DNA of 64,000 nt from an uncultured Spirochaetota bacterium (GCA_963768055.1 CAVYGN010000001.1:256001-320000), one strand, 5' to 3'. Shown: positions 1 to 10,027, counted from the stretch's first letter. Translations and numbers: made by a program. Notes: generated by a model not told the origin, from the sequence alone.

Positions 1-185
1 ACGGCAAACCGGTCCAGTTCTTTATTCAGCTCATCGCTGTGTTTGCGGGAATAGTTCTTTCGGTTGCAGGTACCCTGATTATCTTGATATTAATAGACAA
101 GGTCTTTAGAATCAAGCTGAGGGTATCCGGACAGGTTGAAGCGTCCGGTCTGGATATGGCCCTGCATGGAGAACAGGAAGAATAG
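1..185 (+). CDS. amtB: Ammonium transporter, C-terminal fragment (5' truncated by window edge)
   Basis: Frame 3 reads GKPVQFFIQLIAVFAGIVLSVAGTLIILILIDKVFRIKLRVSGQVEASGLDMALHGEQEE*, matching the Amt C-terminal LRV...E..GLD..LHGE motif; directly upstream of a P-II gene. Confidence 0.85.
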   Translation, partial: GKPVQFFIQLIAVFAGIVLSVAGTLIILILIDKVFRIKLRVSGQVEASGLDMALHGEQEE

Positions 186-226
186 TATTTCGTGTATGAA
201 CATATAATGGAAATAAGGAGAAGGAT

Positions 227-565
227 ATGAAAAGGATTGAGGCAATAATCAGGCCTGAGAAGATGGACGCCGTCGTTGAGAAACTCGGCGAACTTGGCTA
301 TCCGGGATTGAATTATACTGAGGTCCAGGGTCATGGGCGTCAGAAAGGCATGAAAGAGATATTCAGGGGCAGGGAATACGATATAAAATTCGTTCCTAAA
401 ATAAAAATAGAGATAGTAGTTAAGGACAGCCAGGCCGACAAAATTATCGAGGCTATCATAAAAGTCTCGCAAACCGGCCAGATCGGTGACGGGAAGATTT
501 TTGTCAGCGATGTAATCGAGGCTATCCGGGTAAGGACCGAAGAGCGGGGAGACGAAGTGCTTTAG
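227..565 (+). CDS. glnK: P-II nitrogen regulatory protein (GlnK/GlnB)
   Basis: 112 aa; MKRIEAIIRP, GRQKG, T-loop Tyr (RGREY), TGQIGDGKIFV, RVRT; adjacent to amt. Confidence 0.93.
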   Translation: MKRIEAIIRPEKMDAVVEKLGELGYPGLNYTEVQGHGRQKGMKEIFRGREYDIKFVPKIKIEIVVKDSQADKIIEAIIKVSQTGQIGDGKIFVSDVIEAIRVRTEERGDEVL

Positions 566-612
566 CCAGCCGATATCGTAATCCAAGATGAATATATAAT
601 AAGGAGACAGAA

Positions 613-1674
613 ATGCATCCGAAAGCAGCCGCGCTCGTTCAAAAATATAAGGAGATGAGCGATAGGCTCGCCGCCATGCAGCCGACCGGACAGGAATATA
701 TAAAGCTAGCGAAAGAAAGGGCGGAGCTTTCCCCCTTCGCGGAAAAATACGATGAAATATTGAAAATCGAAAAAGAAATAGCGGACAACCTGGAAATGAT
801 CTCTACCGCGGACGAAGAAGAATTTAAGAAAATGGCGAAAGACGACATTGAGAAACTGAACGGCAGGAAAAACGAACTTGAAAAAGAGATCATTAAAATG
901 CTTCTTCCAAAGGATGAAATGGAATCGAAGAACGTCATCATGGAAATCAGGGCAGGAACGGGCGGCGACGAGGCCGCCCTGTTCGCGGGCGATCTTTTCA
1001 GAATGTATACACGTTACGCCGAATTGAAGCACTGGAAATTCGAGGTGCTCGATTTTAACGATACCGGCCTCGGCGGTTTCAAGGAGATTGTATTTTCATT
1101 AAAGGGAAAAGATGTATACAGAAGGATGAAATTTGAAAGCGGAGTCCACAGGGTCCAGAGAATACCGGAAACCGAAGCCTCCGGACGAATTCATACATCG
1201 ACGGCCTCAGTGGTAGTATTGCCTGAAGCGGACGAGGTGGACGTGAGAATTGACCCGGCGGACCTCAAGATAGATACTTACAGGGCCGGAGGGGCAGGAG
1301 GGCAGTACGTCAATAAAACAGAGTCCGCGGTCAGGATCACTCATATTCCCTCGGGAATAGTAGTGGCCTGCCAGGAAGAGAGGTCCCAGCTTCAGAACAG
1401 GGCAAGCGCTCTAAGGATCCTCCGTTCGAAACTTCTTGACCTTGAGCTGCAAAAAAAGACGGACATCGACAAGGCCTTGAGAAGAAGTTCCATCCGCAGC
1501 GGAGACCGTTCCGAGAAGATCAGGACATATAATTTTCCTCAAAACAGGGTGACGGACCACCGGCTCGGCCTTACGCTTTATAAGCTTGAAATGATCATGA
1601 ACGGCGATTGCGATGAAATGATAAATGCCTGCCTTATAAATGAACAGGAGGAGATGCTGAAATTCCTGGATTAA
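613..1674 (+). CDS. prfA: Peptide chain release factor 1
   Basis: [28 protein letters not shown] (PxT of RF1), GGQ motif, [14 protein letters not shown]. Confidence 0.97.
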   Translation: MHPKAAALVQKYKEMSDRLAAMQPTGQEYIKLAKERAELSPFAEKYDEILKIEKEIADNLEMISTADEEEFKKMAKDDIEKLNGRKNELEKEIIKMLLPKDEMESKNVIMEIRAGTGGDEAALFAGDLFRMYTRYAELKHWKFEVLDFNDTGLGGFKEIVFSLKGKDVYRRMKFESGVHRVQRIPETEASGRIHTSTASVVVLPEADEVDVRIDPADLKIDTYRAGGAGGQYVNKTESAVRITHIPSGIVVACQEERSQLQNRASALRILRSKLLDLELQKKTDIDKALRRSSIRSGDRSEKIRTYNFPQNRVTDHRLGLTLYKLEMIMNGDCDEMINACLINEQEEMLKFLD

Positions 1675-1678
1675 AATG

Positions 1679-1707
1679 TTGTCATTTTTTCCTGTGCAGA
1701 CTAATAT
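1679..1707 (+). promoter_or_regulatory. Putative sigma70 promoter
   Basis: TTGTCA-17bp-TAATAT upstream of the GGDEF gene. Confidence 0.45.
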
Positions 1708-1746
1708 TATTGGGCGGGTCTAATAACCTTTATCGAGGTCGAATTC

Positions 1747-4053
1747 ATGCCGGTTAAAAATAAGTATAGAATAGGTATTTTCATCGACTGGGTCTATTCG
1801 GAATACCATCAAAAGATCCTGTCCGGGATCATGGATTATTTCGACGGCCTTCCCGCCGATATCTTTTGTTTTCCGACAGGGCGTTATAAATCGAAGGACA
1901 ACTGGGAAAGAAAAAAGAATATACTTTTCGAATACGTGGATGAAAGCAATACCGACGGCCTGATCGTTTTAACCGATCCGCTTCAATGCGATGTAGGGAA
2001 GAGCAAGTTTTTACGTTTTTTGAAAAGATACGGAAAAATACCGATAGTAAGCATTTCGGTCCAGCTGGACGAGCATTACAGCGTTTTAATAGATAATAAA
2101 TCGGGGATGGAAGCGATCCTCGACCATCTGATAATAAAACACCATTTTGAAAGGATCGCTTTTATAACAGGTCCCGAAGGTTATCACGAATCTGAAGAAA
2201 GGCTGGAAACATTCCTTAATTATTTCAAAACCCATAATCTTCCCGTCGATTCGAATTTAATAATACAGGGCGGCTTTACCGGATTATCGGGCAGGCAGGC
2301 TGTTAAAACTCTCCTCGATGAGAAAAAAGTGAGCTTCGATTGCATAATGGCCGGAAATGACGAGATGGCGATCGGGGCGATCGAGGAACTGACCTCGAGG
2401 GGATTGCAGGTCCCAGGCGATTTATATGTAACCGGATTTGACGATATCAATGCAAGCGGAAGGGCCTCGCTGACCACTGTAAGGCAGCCGATTTACGAAT
2501 TGGGCAGAAAATCCTCTGAAATATTATACGGGGTTTTAACCGGGAAAAAGCCCGAAAGGCTTCACAAGCTGCCCACAACACTTGTTATAAGGGAAACATG
2601 CGGGTGCAGGCTGCAAAGGCTCCTCAATACAGCCGTATGGAAAAAGGGGCTTACCGAACCGGCAGAGGATTTTGAAGAGAATTTTACTCTTGCACGGGAA
2701 AAAATAATTAACGAGATTATATCCGGCTGGCCCGTAGAAAAATATTTTGAATTGAAATCCGAACTTTTTCCTTGGCTGGATACTTTATGCTCGGAACTTG
2801 TCGAAGCCTACCGGACTAACGAGGTTAAAAAAATAATAGACGCCTGGGGCAGGATAATTTTCCAGAGTTATTCGAAAAATATGGACCTGATATTCCTTAA
2901 TGAAATAGTTTCAGGGTTCAGAAGAATTATTTTACGCTGCCGCCTTGATTACACAAAGATTATTTTTTTCGAGGATATTTTTCACCGGATGCGGATAATG
3001 GCCGAGGAGGTTGACCATAAAGAACTTGTATACAGGGAAACACTTTCCATTCTTGAGTTCGGAAGATTCTCCTCGGTAAGCGCAACCCTGTCGGATTCCA
3101 CCGACCTGGAAGGCCTGATCCCGCTAATATATAATGTTCTGAACAGGCTGGAGATGAAAACATGTTTTTTATCGTTGTTCAGGGACCCCGAGAAGCCCCT
3201 CGAATCATCCAGGCTTATCCTGGCTTTGAGCGATAAAAAAAGGCCCGATCTTTCAAACATAAAACCCGATTTTAAAACTAAAGACCTCCTTCCGAATAAA
3301 ATTTATCCCCATGATGGACAAAACCGTTTCATTGTACAGGCCCTTAACGAGAATATAGGAACTGTTATTCTCGATCTAAAGGATTATATCGGGAATGTAA
3401 CCATATACGACGAGCTGGACCTTAAAGTCAGTTCAACGATAAGGCTTATAATGCTGATCGATAAGATTTCAAGGCAGGCTCTTTCCCTGGGAGAGGAAAT
3501 AAAGGAGAGGAAGAAGGCCGAAAAAAAAGTTAAAACCGCTATGTCGAAACTCGAGAAATACAATGAGATTCTTCATGACCTGTCGCTTAAGGACGATCTT
3601 ACAGGCCTGTATAACAGGAGAGGGTTTCTTACCCTGGGAGGGCAGCAGCTTAATTATTCCAGAAGGTTCAATAAGTGTTTTGTCCTCTTCTATTTCGACA
3701 TGGACGGGCTTAAAAAAATAAACGATACTTACGGGCATGAAGAAGGCGACTTCGCCATAAAAAAAACAGCCCTGCTCCTGCAGAAATCATTCAGGTCCAT
3801 AGATATTATAGCAAGGATAGGAGGCGATGAATTCACAGTATTTGCCGCGGATTGCTGCACAGAAGAAGCTGAAAAACTCAAAAAAAGGGTTAAAATACTT
3901 TTCCAGAACTTCAACAATCTTTCCGGTAAAGGCTACAGGCTATCGATAAGTGCGGGGATAGTACCGGTGGATGGGAGCAGCCGGCTCAAGTTTAACGAAC
4001 TGATGGCCCTCGCCGACAGGAAACTTTATGAGGATAAACATAAAGACGGATGA
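1747..4053 (+). CDS. Diguanylate cyclase with N-terminal LacI-family sugar-binding-like domain
   Basis: IDNKSG, NDEMAIG, VPGDLYVTGFDD, LTTVRQP (LacI sensor fold, no HTH); C-terminal DLTGLYNRRG, RSID I-site, intact GGDEF. Confidence 0.88.
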   Translation: MPVKNKYRIGIFIDWVYSEYHQKILSGIMDYFDGLPADIFCFPTGRYKSKDNWERKKNILFEYVDESNTDGLIVLTDPLQCDVGKSKFLRFLKRYGKIPIVSISVQLDEHYSVLIDNKSGMEAILDHLIIKHHFERIAFITGPEGYHESEERLETFLNYFKTHNLPVDSNLIIQGGFTGLSGRQAVKTLLDEKKVSFDCIMAGNDEMAIGAIEELTSRGLQVPGDLYVTGFDDINASGRASLTTVRQPIYELGRKSSEILYGVLTGKKPERLHKLPTTLVIRETCGCRLQRLLNTAVWKKGLTEPAEDFEENFTLAREKIINEIISGWPVEKYFELKSELFPWLDTLCSELVEAYRTNEVKKIIDAWGRIIFQSYSKNMDLIFLNEIVSGFRRIILRCRLDYTKIIFFEDIFHRMRIMAEEVDHKELVYRETLSILEFGRFSSVSATLSDSTDLEGLIPLIYNVLNRLEMKTCFLSLFRDPEKPLESSRLILALSDKKRPDLSNIKPDFKTKDLLPNKIYPHDGQNRFIVQALNENIGTVILDLKDYIGNVTIYDELDLKVSSTIRLIMLIDKISRQALSLGEEIKERKKAEKKVKTAMSKLEKYNEILHDLSLKDDLTGLYNRRGFLTLGGQQLNYSRRFNKCFVLFYFDMDGLKKINDTYGHEEGDFAIKKTALLLQKSFRSIDIIARIGGDEFTVFAADCCTEEAEKLKKRVKILFQNFNNLSGKGYRLSISAGIVPVDGSSRLKFNELMALADRKLYEDKHKDG

Positions 4054-4054
4054 T

Positions 4055-5017
4055 TTATAAAGACTCGACCCTTATACCCCTTTCAGAGGCCAGAACAAGC
4101 GACCTGTTCATATTTGACAGTACGAGTTTTTTTCCGCTCCTGTTGATTACAAGCGAGTCGAAAACCCCGGAAATTTCGGTTTCCCCCTCGGTATAATTCC
4201 CGTTGACGTCTCTATCCAGGATCCCTAAGAGTTTATTAAGCGTATCTATTTCACGGGGTGATGAAGTCAAGGCTACAGCGAATTTTTCCTCCATCTTTAT
4301 TACCGCTTCTTCCAGATGTACCGAATTGAGTTTGCGCATCTCGCTGGAGATAAAATCCCGCAAATCGGCCGGATCTTTCCAGCATTTTTCCAGAAGGAGA
4401 AAACGGTCATGAAGACCGGGGTCGGCAATTGAAAGAAAATCTTTAAAATAAAAAGAATTGATAGTAAATATAGATCTTAAGGCCAGGAACCCTTTGCCGG
4501 GTTCAGGAGCTCCCTGTATGAATCTTTTGATTGAAAATATCTCATTACCGCCGTTCCTGAAAATTGCATCGCCCAGCTCGATCGACATAGGATAAAGACC
4601 TTCCGGAGATGAAAAAAAAGTAAGCGAGTCGGAGCCCAGGGGGGTATTCAGAAAATCCTCGACTTTTCCGCAAAGGTCCGGTAGGGCTGACGGATCGAGA
4701 TAAGCCGGCGCGAAAAGGGATAAGGGAGCCATGGAAAAAGCGCATGAAAAGGCTGAAAAAATGAAGATTTTTGCAAAAACGCTTTCCGCAGGAATATTCA
4801 GCGTATCTGAATTGCCGCATAACTGTGAAAAAATCCTGTTTCCGCTGCTGTCTATGACAAAAAGGGGAGAGCCAGGGAAATGTTTTTTCCATGCGTCGTA
4901 ATTTTTTTCATAAAGACTCGATCCCCCCGCATCGATTAGTTCTACCGGGACAGGATCTTTATAAAAAGGGCCAAGATCGAGGGCCCCGGAAAGGAATAAA
5001 ACTATATTCATAGCCAT
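4055..5017 (-). CDS. Degenerate mannose-1-phosphate guanylyltransferase (ManC)-like protein
   Basis: C-terminal DRDVNGNYTEG...DSLVIN...LVL resembles the ManC beta-helix region; the N-terminal GGxGxR/PKQ motifs are not conserved; overlaps the miaA stop. Confidence 0.45.
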   Translation of the reverse strand: MAMNIVLFLSGALDLGPFYKDPVPVELIDAGGSSLYEKNYDAWKKHFPGSPLFVIDSSGNRIFSQLCGNSDTLNIPAESVFAKIFIFSAFSCAFSMAPLSLFAPAYLDPSALPDLCGKVEDFLNTPLGSDSLTFFSSPEGLYPMSIELGDAIFRNGGNEIFSIKRFIQGAPEPGKGFLALRSIFTINSFYFKDFLSIADPGLHDRFLLLEKCWKDPADLRDFISSEMRKLNSVHLEEAVIKMEEKFAVALTSSPREIDTLNKLLGILDRDVNGNYTEGETEISGVFDSLVINRSGKKLVLSNMNRSLVLASERGIRVESL

Positions 5018-5925
5018 CCCTCGACAGACTCGCGAATCAAGTGGAAAGCCCGGGCGTCGAACCAGTGTATATCAGAGTTTTTTTTGAACCATGTCAATTG
5101 TCTTTTTGCAAAACGCCTCGTATCTCTTTTAAGATAATATACGAATTCTTCATAAGACCAGAGGCCCGATATATAATTCGAGGCGTGCCTGTATCCGATG
5201 CTCGACAGAGCGAAAGCGTCTTTTCCGAATTCTTTTATCAAATTTCCGGTTTCTTCTATAAGGCCTTCTTCGATCATCATATCTGCTCTCTTTTCGATTT
5301 TCTCATATAAAATTTTTCTATCGCATTCCAGACCGATGATAAACCAGTCGAGTAAAAGCTTCGGGTTGGAGGCTCTAAGTTCCGACATGGGTTTTCCCGT
5401 GCTGTAATAAACCTCCAGCGCCCGAACTATCCTTCTCAGGTCGTTAGGCTCGATTTTAGAAGCGCTGTCAGGATCGTATTTCATAAGCTCGCCATGCAGG
5501 GCCGAGGGATTTTCAGCGGCCGCCCTTTCGGCGAGTTTGTTCCTGATTTCATCGCTGCGCCCCGGACCGCTGAACAGGCCGTAGTACAGGGAATTGAAAT
5601 ACATACCGGTACCTCCCGCCACGATCGGGAGGCTTCCCTTATCCAGGATTTCAGTCATCTTCTCCTCGGCCAATTTTTTATAAATTCCGGCGTTTACACG
5701 GTAGCCGGGCTCGAAAATGTCGATGAGGTGATACCTTACTCCTTGGATCTCGCCTGCCCGGGGCTTTGCAGAGCCTATGTCGAGATGTTTATAGATCTGG
5801 ACGGAATCGCAGGAAACCACTTCGCCCTTAAATAGTCTGGCCAGGGCTATGGCGGTTTCCGTCTTGCCCGAGGCTGTCGGCCCCACGACGGCGAGGACTT
5901 TATTATTTGATTTTATATTCTGCAT
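5008..5925 (-). CDS. miaA: tRNA dimethylallyltransferase
   Basis: GPTASGKT, DSVQIYKHLDIGSAKP, GGTGMY, RRIVRALEV, TRRFAKRQLTWF. Confidence 0.97.
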   Translation of the reverse strand: MQNIKSNNKVLAVVGPTASGKTETAIALARLFKGEVVSCDSVQIYKHLDIGSAKPRAGEIQGVRYHLIDIFEPGYRVNAGIYKKLAEEKMTEILDKGSLPIVAGGTGMYFNSLYYGLFSGPGRSDEIRNKLAERAAAENPSALHGELMKYDPDSASKIEPNDLRRIVRALEVYYSTGKPMSELRASNPKLLLDWFIIGLECDRKILYEKIEKRADMMIEEGLIEETGNLIKEFGKDAFALSSIGYRHASNYISGLWSYEEFVYYLKRDTRRFAKRQLTWFKKNSDIHWFDARAFHLIRESVEGWL

Positions 5926-6062
5926 ACCATTACACTCTAATAAACACCAAATATGGTTTTATCACAGGGAGACACAGAGGAGCGGAGAGACATTAATAGA
6001 GCAGGTTTATTATAGGGATGAGGTGCAGTAAAGTCAAACAGGGCAAATGGGCGTAAGAGGAT

Positions 6063-6128
6063 GATTTCTCGTCCCCTCCTACAGGGTTACACCCTACGGG
6101 GATAAACGCTCCGCTCCTCGAAATGACA
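6063..6128. repeat. REP-like palindromic element
   Basis: GATTTCTCGTC...GCTCCTCGAAATGACA frame with an inner hairpin TCCCC..AGGGT-TAC-ACCCT.ACGGGGA; 13/17 match to 39815-39831. Confidence 0.45.
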
Positions 6129-6233
6129 TTTCTAGGGTGATAAAAAGCCCTTTTGATTTTCTACCGGCTTCAAGCTCTCGAGTTGGCTCGATAAAAATTG
6201 AATTCATATGGAGGCATGTTGTTTGAGCGGTCC

Positions 6234-6262
6234 TTGACATTTTATCTTTCAAATATTAATAT
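6234..6262 (+). promoter_or_regulatory. sigma70 promoter
   Basis: TTGACA-17bp-TAATAT followed by AAGGAGG RBS of the 6289 ORF. Confidence 0.65.
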
Positions 6263-6288
6263 TATACGAGTAAATAAAGGAGGAAGGA

Positions 6289-6771
6289 ATGCAGATATCT
6301 TACATTATTTTTTTAGTAGTATTTATAGTGATTATCGGGATTTGCGCATACTCAGGCACGAGGCAGGGCTTTTTCCGGGCGCTTAACTCCTTTTTAAGGA
6401 TCGCGCTTCCTATGCTTTTATCGGGTATTATAGTCCTTATCGCTTCTCTCATCACAAAACAAAGAATGGATTTGATCTCTTACATTATCGGATTAATAGG
6501 GACTATCATATTTTATCTTGTGCTGAGAAACATAATCAAAGATCCCGAAACAATCAGGAATGCGGGGATAGCGGATTATTTCCTCGGTTTTATTGTAGGC
6601 GTGCTTCAGGGATGGCTTATAGCAGGCTTCCTTGTAGTATATATCAACTATTTTTGTACAATATTGAATTTTCATCCGAATCTAATGGAAATAGCTAAGT
6701 CGCCGTCGCTTTTCGCGGCTATAAGGACGCCGATAGATTGGATTTTATTTTTAAGTTTTATTAAATTATAA
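6289..6771 (+). CDS. CvpA-like (colicin V production family) membrane protein
   Basis: Four hydrophobic segments, G.RQGF after TM1, D..LGFIVGVLQG, S.LF near the C-terminus. Confidence 0.55.
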   Translation: MQISYIIFLVVFIVIIGICAYSGTRQGFFRALNSFLRIALPMLLSGIIVLIASLITKQRMDLISYIIGLIGTIIFYLVLRNIIKDPETIRNAGIADYFLGFIVGVLQGWLIAGFLVVYINYFCTILNFHPNLMEIAKSPSLFAAIRTPIDWILFLSFIKL

Positions 6772-6793
6772 AGGGTTTTAGTTTTTCCAAGGT

Positions 6794-6824
6794 AATGGTG
6801 ATTGCCTGCAATGGTGATTGCCTG
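6794..6824 (+). repeat. Tandem duplication AATGGTGATTGCCTG x2 (period 16)
   Basis: Exact 15-bp copies at 6794-6808 and 6810-6824, overlapping the 5' end of the putative 6S RNA. Confidence 0.85.
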
Positions 6825-7008
6825 GGGTATGCGTGTAGAATAGGATATTTTCGGGTTCTATATCCATTCTTTTGGGATTCCGATCGCTATATGGAATTGC
6901 CTCTCTTCAGCGGTATTATCATACCCGCTATAGGGAAACTGGAAGTATAGGTAAGAATCCCGACTTAAAAAAGGGACCGAAAAAGGTTTCTTACGGTACC
7001 CCGGGTTT
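6818..7008 (+). ncRNA. ssrS: Probable 6S RNA
   Basis: ~185-nt rod-like fold: CCTGGGGTA/TACCCCGGG closing stem, TTTTCGG/CCGAAAA, central bubble (TATATCCATT / GACTTAAAA), GGGATTC/GAATCCC, apical AGCGG..CCGCT; ends resemble the 6S consensus; T-run at the 3' end. Confidence 0.7.
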
Positions 7009-7028
7009 TTATATATAATGGAGGAATT

Positions 7029-7322
7029 ATGGATCACAGTTCTGTAGCGAAGATGTATATCGACGCTGTCAAGAACGACTCGATCGGTTCGTCGACTCTG
7101 ACAAAGCTTCCCGAGCTTGTTTCTTGCGGTGATTGGACCAGGGTGGAAATATTAGGCTCCGTCGACTATATTTCCGATAGGACCAAGATCGTTTATAACG
7201 GGGTCCTCGTTAAATATTCCGGCGGTCTTTACTATATGAGAAAAAAAATTACCGAGGCCCTTGGATCAGTGGATAAAAGATTCAAAAACATAAAAAAAGC
7301 TTTAAATGTGATCCAGGAATAA
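7029..7322 (+). CDS. Hypothetical protein (97 aa)
   Basis: GGAGG RBS, plausible composition; no family recognised. Confidence 0.6.
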   Translation: MDHSSVAKMYIDAVKNDSIGSSTLTKLPELVSCGDWTRVEILGSVDYISDRTKIVYNGVLVKYSGGLYYMRKKITEALGSVDKRFKNIKKALNVIQE

Positions 7323-7330
7323 AAAAGCTT

Positions 7331-8677
7331 TCAAGCGTCAAGTAAAAAAACCTGTTCCTTGAACTTTTTCCCTCTTTCTTCAAAGTTTTTAAACATATCG
7401 TAACTGGCGCAGCCGGGAGAAAGTATAACCACATCTCCCTTCGACGTATGTTCGCGAGCATATCTGACGGCGGAGGAAAGGTCCTCTGCATTGTAACTGT
7501 CGGGAAAAGACAGCTCTTTCTTTATTTTTCCGGAAGCTTCCCCGATAAGAACCAGTTTTTTTAATTTTTTATGGGCCAGCCGTCTTATTTTCTTAAAAGA
7601 AAGTCCTTTGTCCCTTCCGCCCGCGATCAGTACGATAGGGGATTCGAAAGAGAGAAGAGCCTTTTCAAGGGCGTTGACGGTAGTTGACTTTGAGTCGTTA
7701 TAATAATCAACCCCTTTAACGGTCCTTACGAATTCCAGGCGGTGTTCCAGGCCGGAAAAGCTGTCCAGGGTAGCCCTTATGGCTTCATCGCTTACGCCGC
7801 AGGACTTGGATATCAGTATCGCAGCCATTACATTTTCTATATTATGGTCCCCCTTTAGCCTTATGTCTTTCCTTTCAATAAAGGGTTTATTCTTAAGGTA
7901 AATAACAGAGTCCTTCATAAATATATCAGCTTTTTCATTATTGAAGCTGAAAGTCAGCGATCTTGATTTTAAGCCTTTTTTAAGGAAACTGAAATAATGA
8001 GAATCGAGGTTGAGGATGGATAAGTCTTCCGCGAACTGGTTTAAAAAAATATTTTTTTTTGCTTCTGCATAGGAACGGATAGTCCTGTAACGGTCAAGAT
8101 GGTCCTCGGCAATATTAAGGCAGGCGGCGATAAACGGCCTGAATGTTTTAATTGTTTCAAGTTGAAAACTCGATAATTCCAGGACGAAAATCGAGTCCTT
8201 TTCCGCTTTGTCGAAATGGTCGAACACCGGTATGCCTATATTTCCGCCCAGGAAAGCATTTTGCTCTTTTCCGATCATTTTATATACAAGCGTAGTTGTT
8301 GTAGTCTTGCCGTCAGTACCGGTTATGCCTATATACCTGTTTAGGGGAAGATATTCATAAAATAATTCGATATCCCCTATGACCTTAATTTGCCTTTTCC
8401 TTGCTTCTTTAATGAGCGGTATTGAAAGGGGAACCCCCGGGCTTGGAAGGATAAGGCTGATTTGATAATCGTCAAGGATATCAGCCGATTGCCGGCCCAG
8501 GAAATCTATTACAGGGCCTATGTTTTTAAGCTCAGATATCAGTGATTTTTTTTCAGGGTCCGATACAGTATCGGAAATAATTAACTTTAAACCCTTACGC
8601 AGAAGGGCCTTTGCCATTGAATAGGAGGTGCGCTTAGTAAACCCGATTAACAGCGAATAATCACCGGGCATGTTCAT
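7331..8677 (-). CDS. murD: UDP-N-acetylmuramoyl-L-alanine:D-glutamate ligase
   Basis: SPGVP, GITGTDGKTTTT, GGNIG, ELSSFQL, DHLDRY, HRLE, NDSKST, SPGCASYDMF; start placed at the ATGA overlap (alternative 8671). Confidence 0.95.
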   Translation of the reverse strand: MNMPGDYSLLIGFTKRTSYSMAKALLRKGLKLIISDTVSDPEKKSLISELKNIGPVIDFLGRQSADILDDYQISLILPSPGVPLSIPLIKEARKRQIKVIGDIELFYEYLPLNRYIGITGTDGKTTTTTLVYKMIGKEQNAFLGGNIGIPVFDHFDKAEKDSIFVLELSSFQLETIKTFRPFIAACLNIAEDHLDRYRTIRSYAEAKKNIFLNQFAEDLSILNLDSHYFSFLKKGLKSRSLTFSFNNEKADIFMKDSVIYLKNKPFIERKDIRLKGDHNIENVMAAILISKSCGVSDEAIRATLDSFSGLEHRLEFVRTVKGVDYYNDSKSTTVNALEKALLSFESPIVLIAGGRDKGLSFKKIRRLAHKKLKKLVLIGEASGKIKKELSFPDSYNAEDLSSAVRYAREHTSKGDVVILSPGCASYDMFKNFEERGKKFKEQVFLLDA

Positions 8678-9189
8678 TTTGATTTTTTGGAAATTATTTT
8701 CCATTTATTATCGATTTTTTTCAACAGGTAATCCGTGTAAACTATCGATTCCCCCTTCTGATCAGGGACTTTGTCTGGGACTTTGTCTATCGATTTTTTG
8801 GGATTGTCTTCAAGGTATGGTTTACTATCTATTTTCAAAGCCCATTTTACTGTAACGACCATAAGCTGATTTGTAATTTCATTGGTAAAATCCTCGATGC
8901 CGACTAATTCGTAACTTATTATTTTAGCGGACTCCCTTAGCAGCAGCTGCCTGGTTTCGACGTTAGTGACGGCCTCAATTGTCTGCAGCGTCCTTTTTTT
9001 CTCCATTAAATCTGTGACATTCAGCATTTCGGAATAATCGGAATTCATGAGCATAAGGCATGCGGAATTCACAATGGATTTGGGATCTGAATAATCGTAA
9101 GAATATTTATTCTGGTCTGCTGAAAGCATATTTTTCATGATAGATGCGCTTAAAAAAATTATTGCAATGTAGAATACCTTTTTTATCAT
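8674..9189 (-). CDS. Exported hypothetical protein
   Basis: Signal-peptide-like N-terminus, C-terminal LKKIDNKWKI; 12-bp tandem repeat (8765-8788) encodes DKVPDKVP. Confidence 0.7.
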   Translation of the reverse strand: MIKKVFYIAIIFLSASIMKNMLSADQNKYSYDYSDPKSIVNSACLMLMNSDYSEMLNVTDLMEKKRTLQTIEAVTNVETRQLLLRESAKIISYELVGIEDFTNEITNQLMVVTVKWALKIDSKPYLEDNPKKSIDKVPDKVPDQKGESIVYTDYLLKKIDNKWKIISKKSK

Positions 9190-9244
9190 TTAACGGCCTC
9201 GCCAAATATTAGTATAACATAATATCGTAAGATAGACAAAAAAC

Positions 9245-9273
9245 TTGATTTTTCGAAGAGGCGATGATAAAAT
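9245..9273 (+). promoter_or_regulatory. sigma70 promoter with extended -10
   Basis: TTGATT-17bp-TAAAAT with TG two bases upstream of the -10. Confidence 0.5.
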
Positions 9274-9302
9274 ATCTGACAATTTAAATTACGGAGCATT
9301 AA

Positions 9303-10007
9303 ATGGATAATAAGAATTTCTGGCTGTATTTAACGTCAGCCCTGATAGCAGGCATATTGATAGGCGGCGGGGTTGTTTATTTCATTAACGGCGGTACAGG
9401 CGGATCGGGGATGATCAGCATGTATCCTCCTAAATCAAGCCCGGACTGGCTTGCTAAAGTAGATGATTATGTCATTACAACGAACGATTTTGATACAGGT
9501 TTCAGGGCGCTATTGGCCCAGATCCCTGAGGATAAAAAGGCCAATCTTCCGCCCGATATGAAAAATCAATATTTTGAGAGCCTTCTCAAGGAGTACATCC
9601 TGAGCATAAAGGCGCTTAACGATGGTATTCAGAAAAAGCCCGAAAACGATGCCATGCTGAAGTCTTACATCAGGCGGTTTCTTTCAAACCTTTACCTTCA
9701 AATGAACGCGCCGGTCGACAAATCGCAGTTCATCCCTTCAAAGGCTGATATTGACAACTTTTACAGCCAGCATAAACCGGAGCTCGACAGGAGCGGTATG
9801 AAGAGCGATCAGTTGAAGCAGGTCATTGTCCAGGAACTTGAAAGACAAAAAGAACAGGCCTGGATTGAAGAATTGGTTAACAATATAAAAATTTCGATCA
9901 AGGTCGAGAAGAATAATGAGGCTCTGTTAAAGGAAGGCATATCATCGCAGCAGATGAACAAACCGCTCCTTTCCTTGCCTTTGACTCCCGGATCTTCAAA
10001 CAAATAA
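9303..10007 (+). CDS. SurA/PrsA-like membrane-anchored chaperone, apparently lacking the PPIase domain
   Basis: N-terminal TM, LAKVDDYVIT, helical body, DIDNFY, C-terminal QAWIEEL...IKV typical of PrsA/SurA framework. Confidence 0.55.
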   Translation: MDNKNFWLYLTSALIAGILIGGGVVYFINGGTGGSGMISMYPPKSSPDWLAKVDDYVITTNDFDTGFRALLAQIPEDKKANLPPDMKNQYFESLLKEYILSIKALNDGIQKKPENDAMLKSYIRRFLSNLYLQMNAPVDKSQFIPSKADIDNFYSQHKPELDRSGMKSDQLKQVIVQELERQKEQAWIEELVNNIKISIKVEKNNEALLKEGISSQQMNKPLLSLPLTPGSSNK

Positions 10008-10027
10008 AAGATTAATTTAAAGTATCA

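Noticed and set aside
6030..6062. ACAGGGCAAA, resembling the start of a c-di-GMP-I riboswitch
   Set aside because: Lacks the GAAA-loop stem, GACGCAAAGC and the second hairpin.
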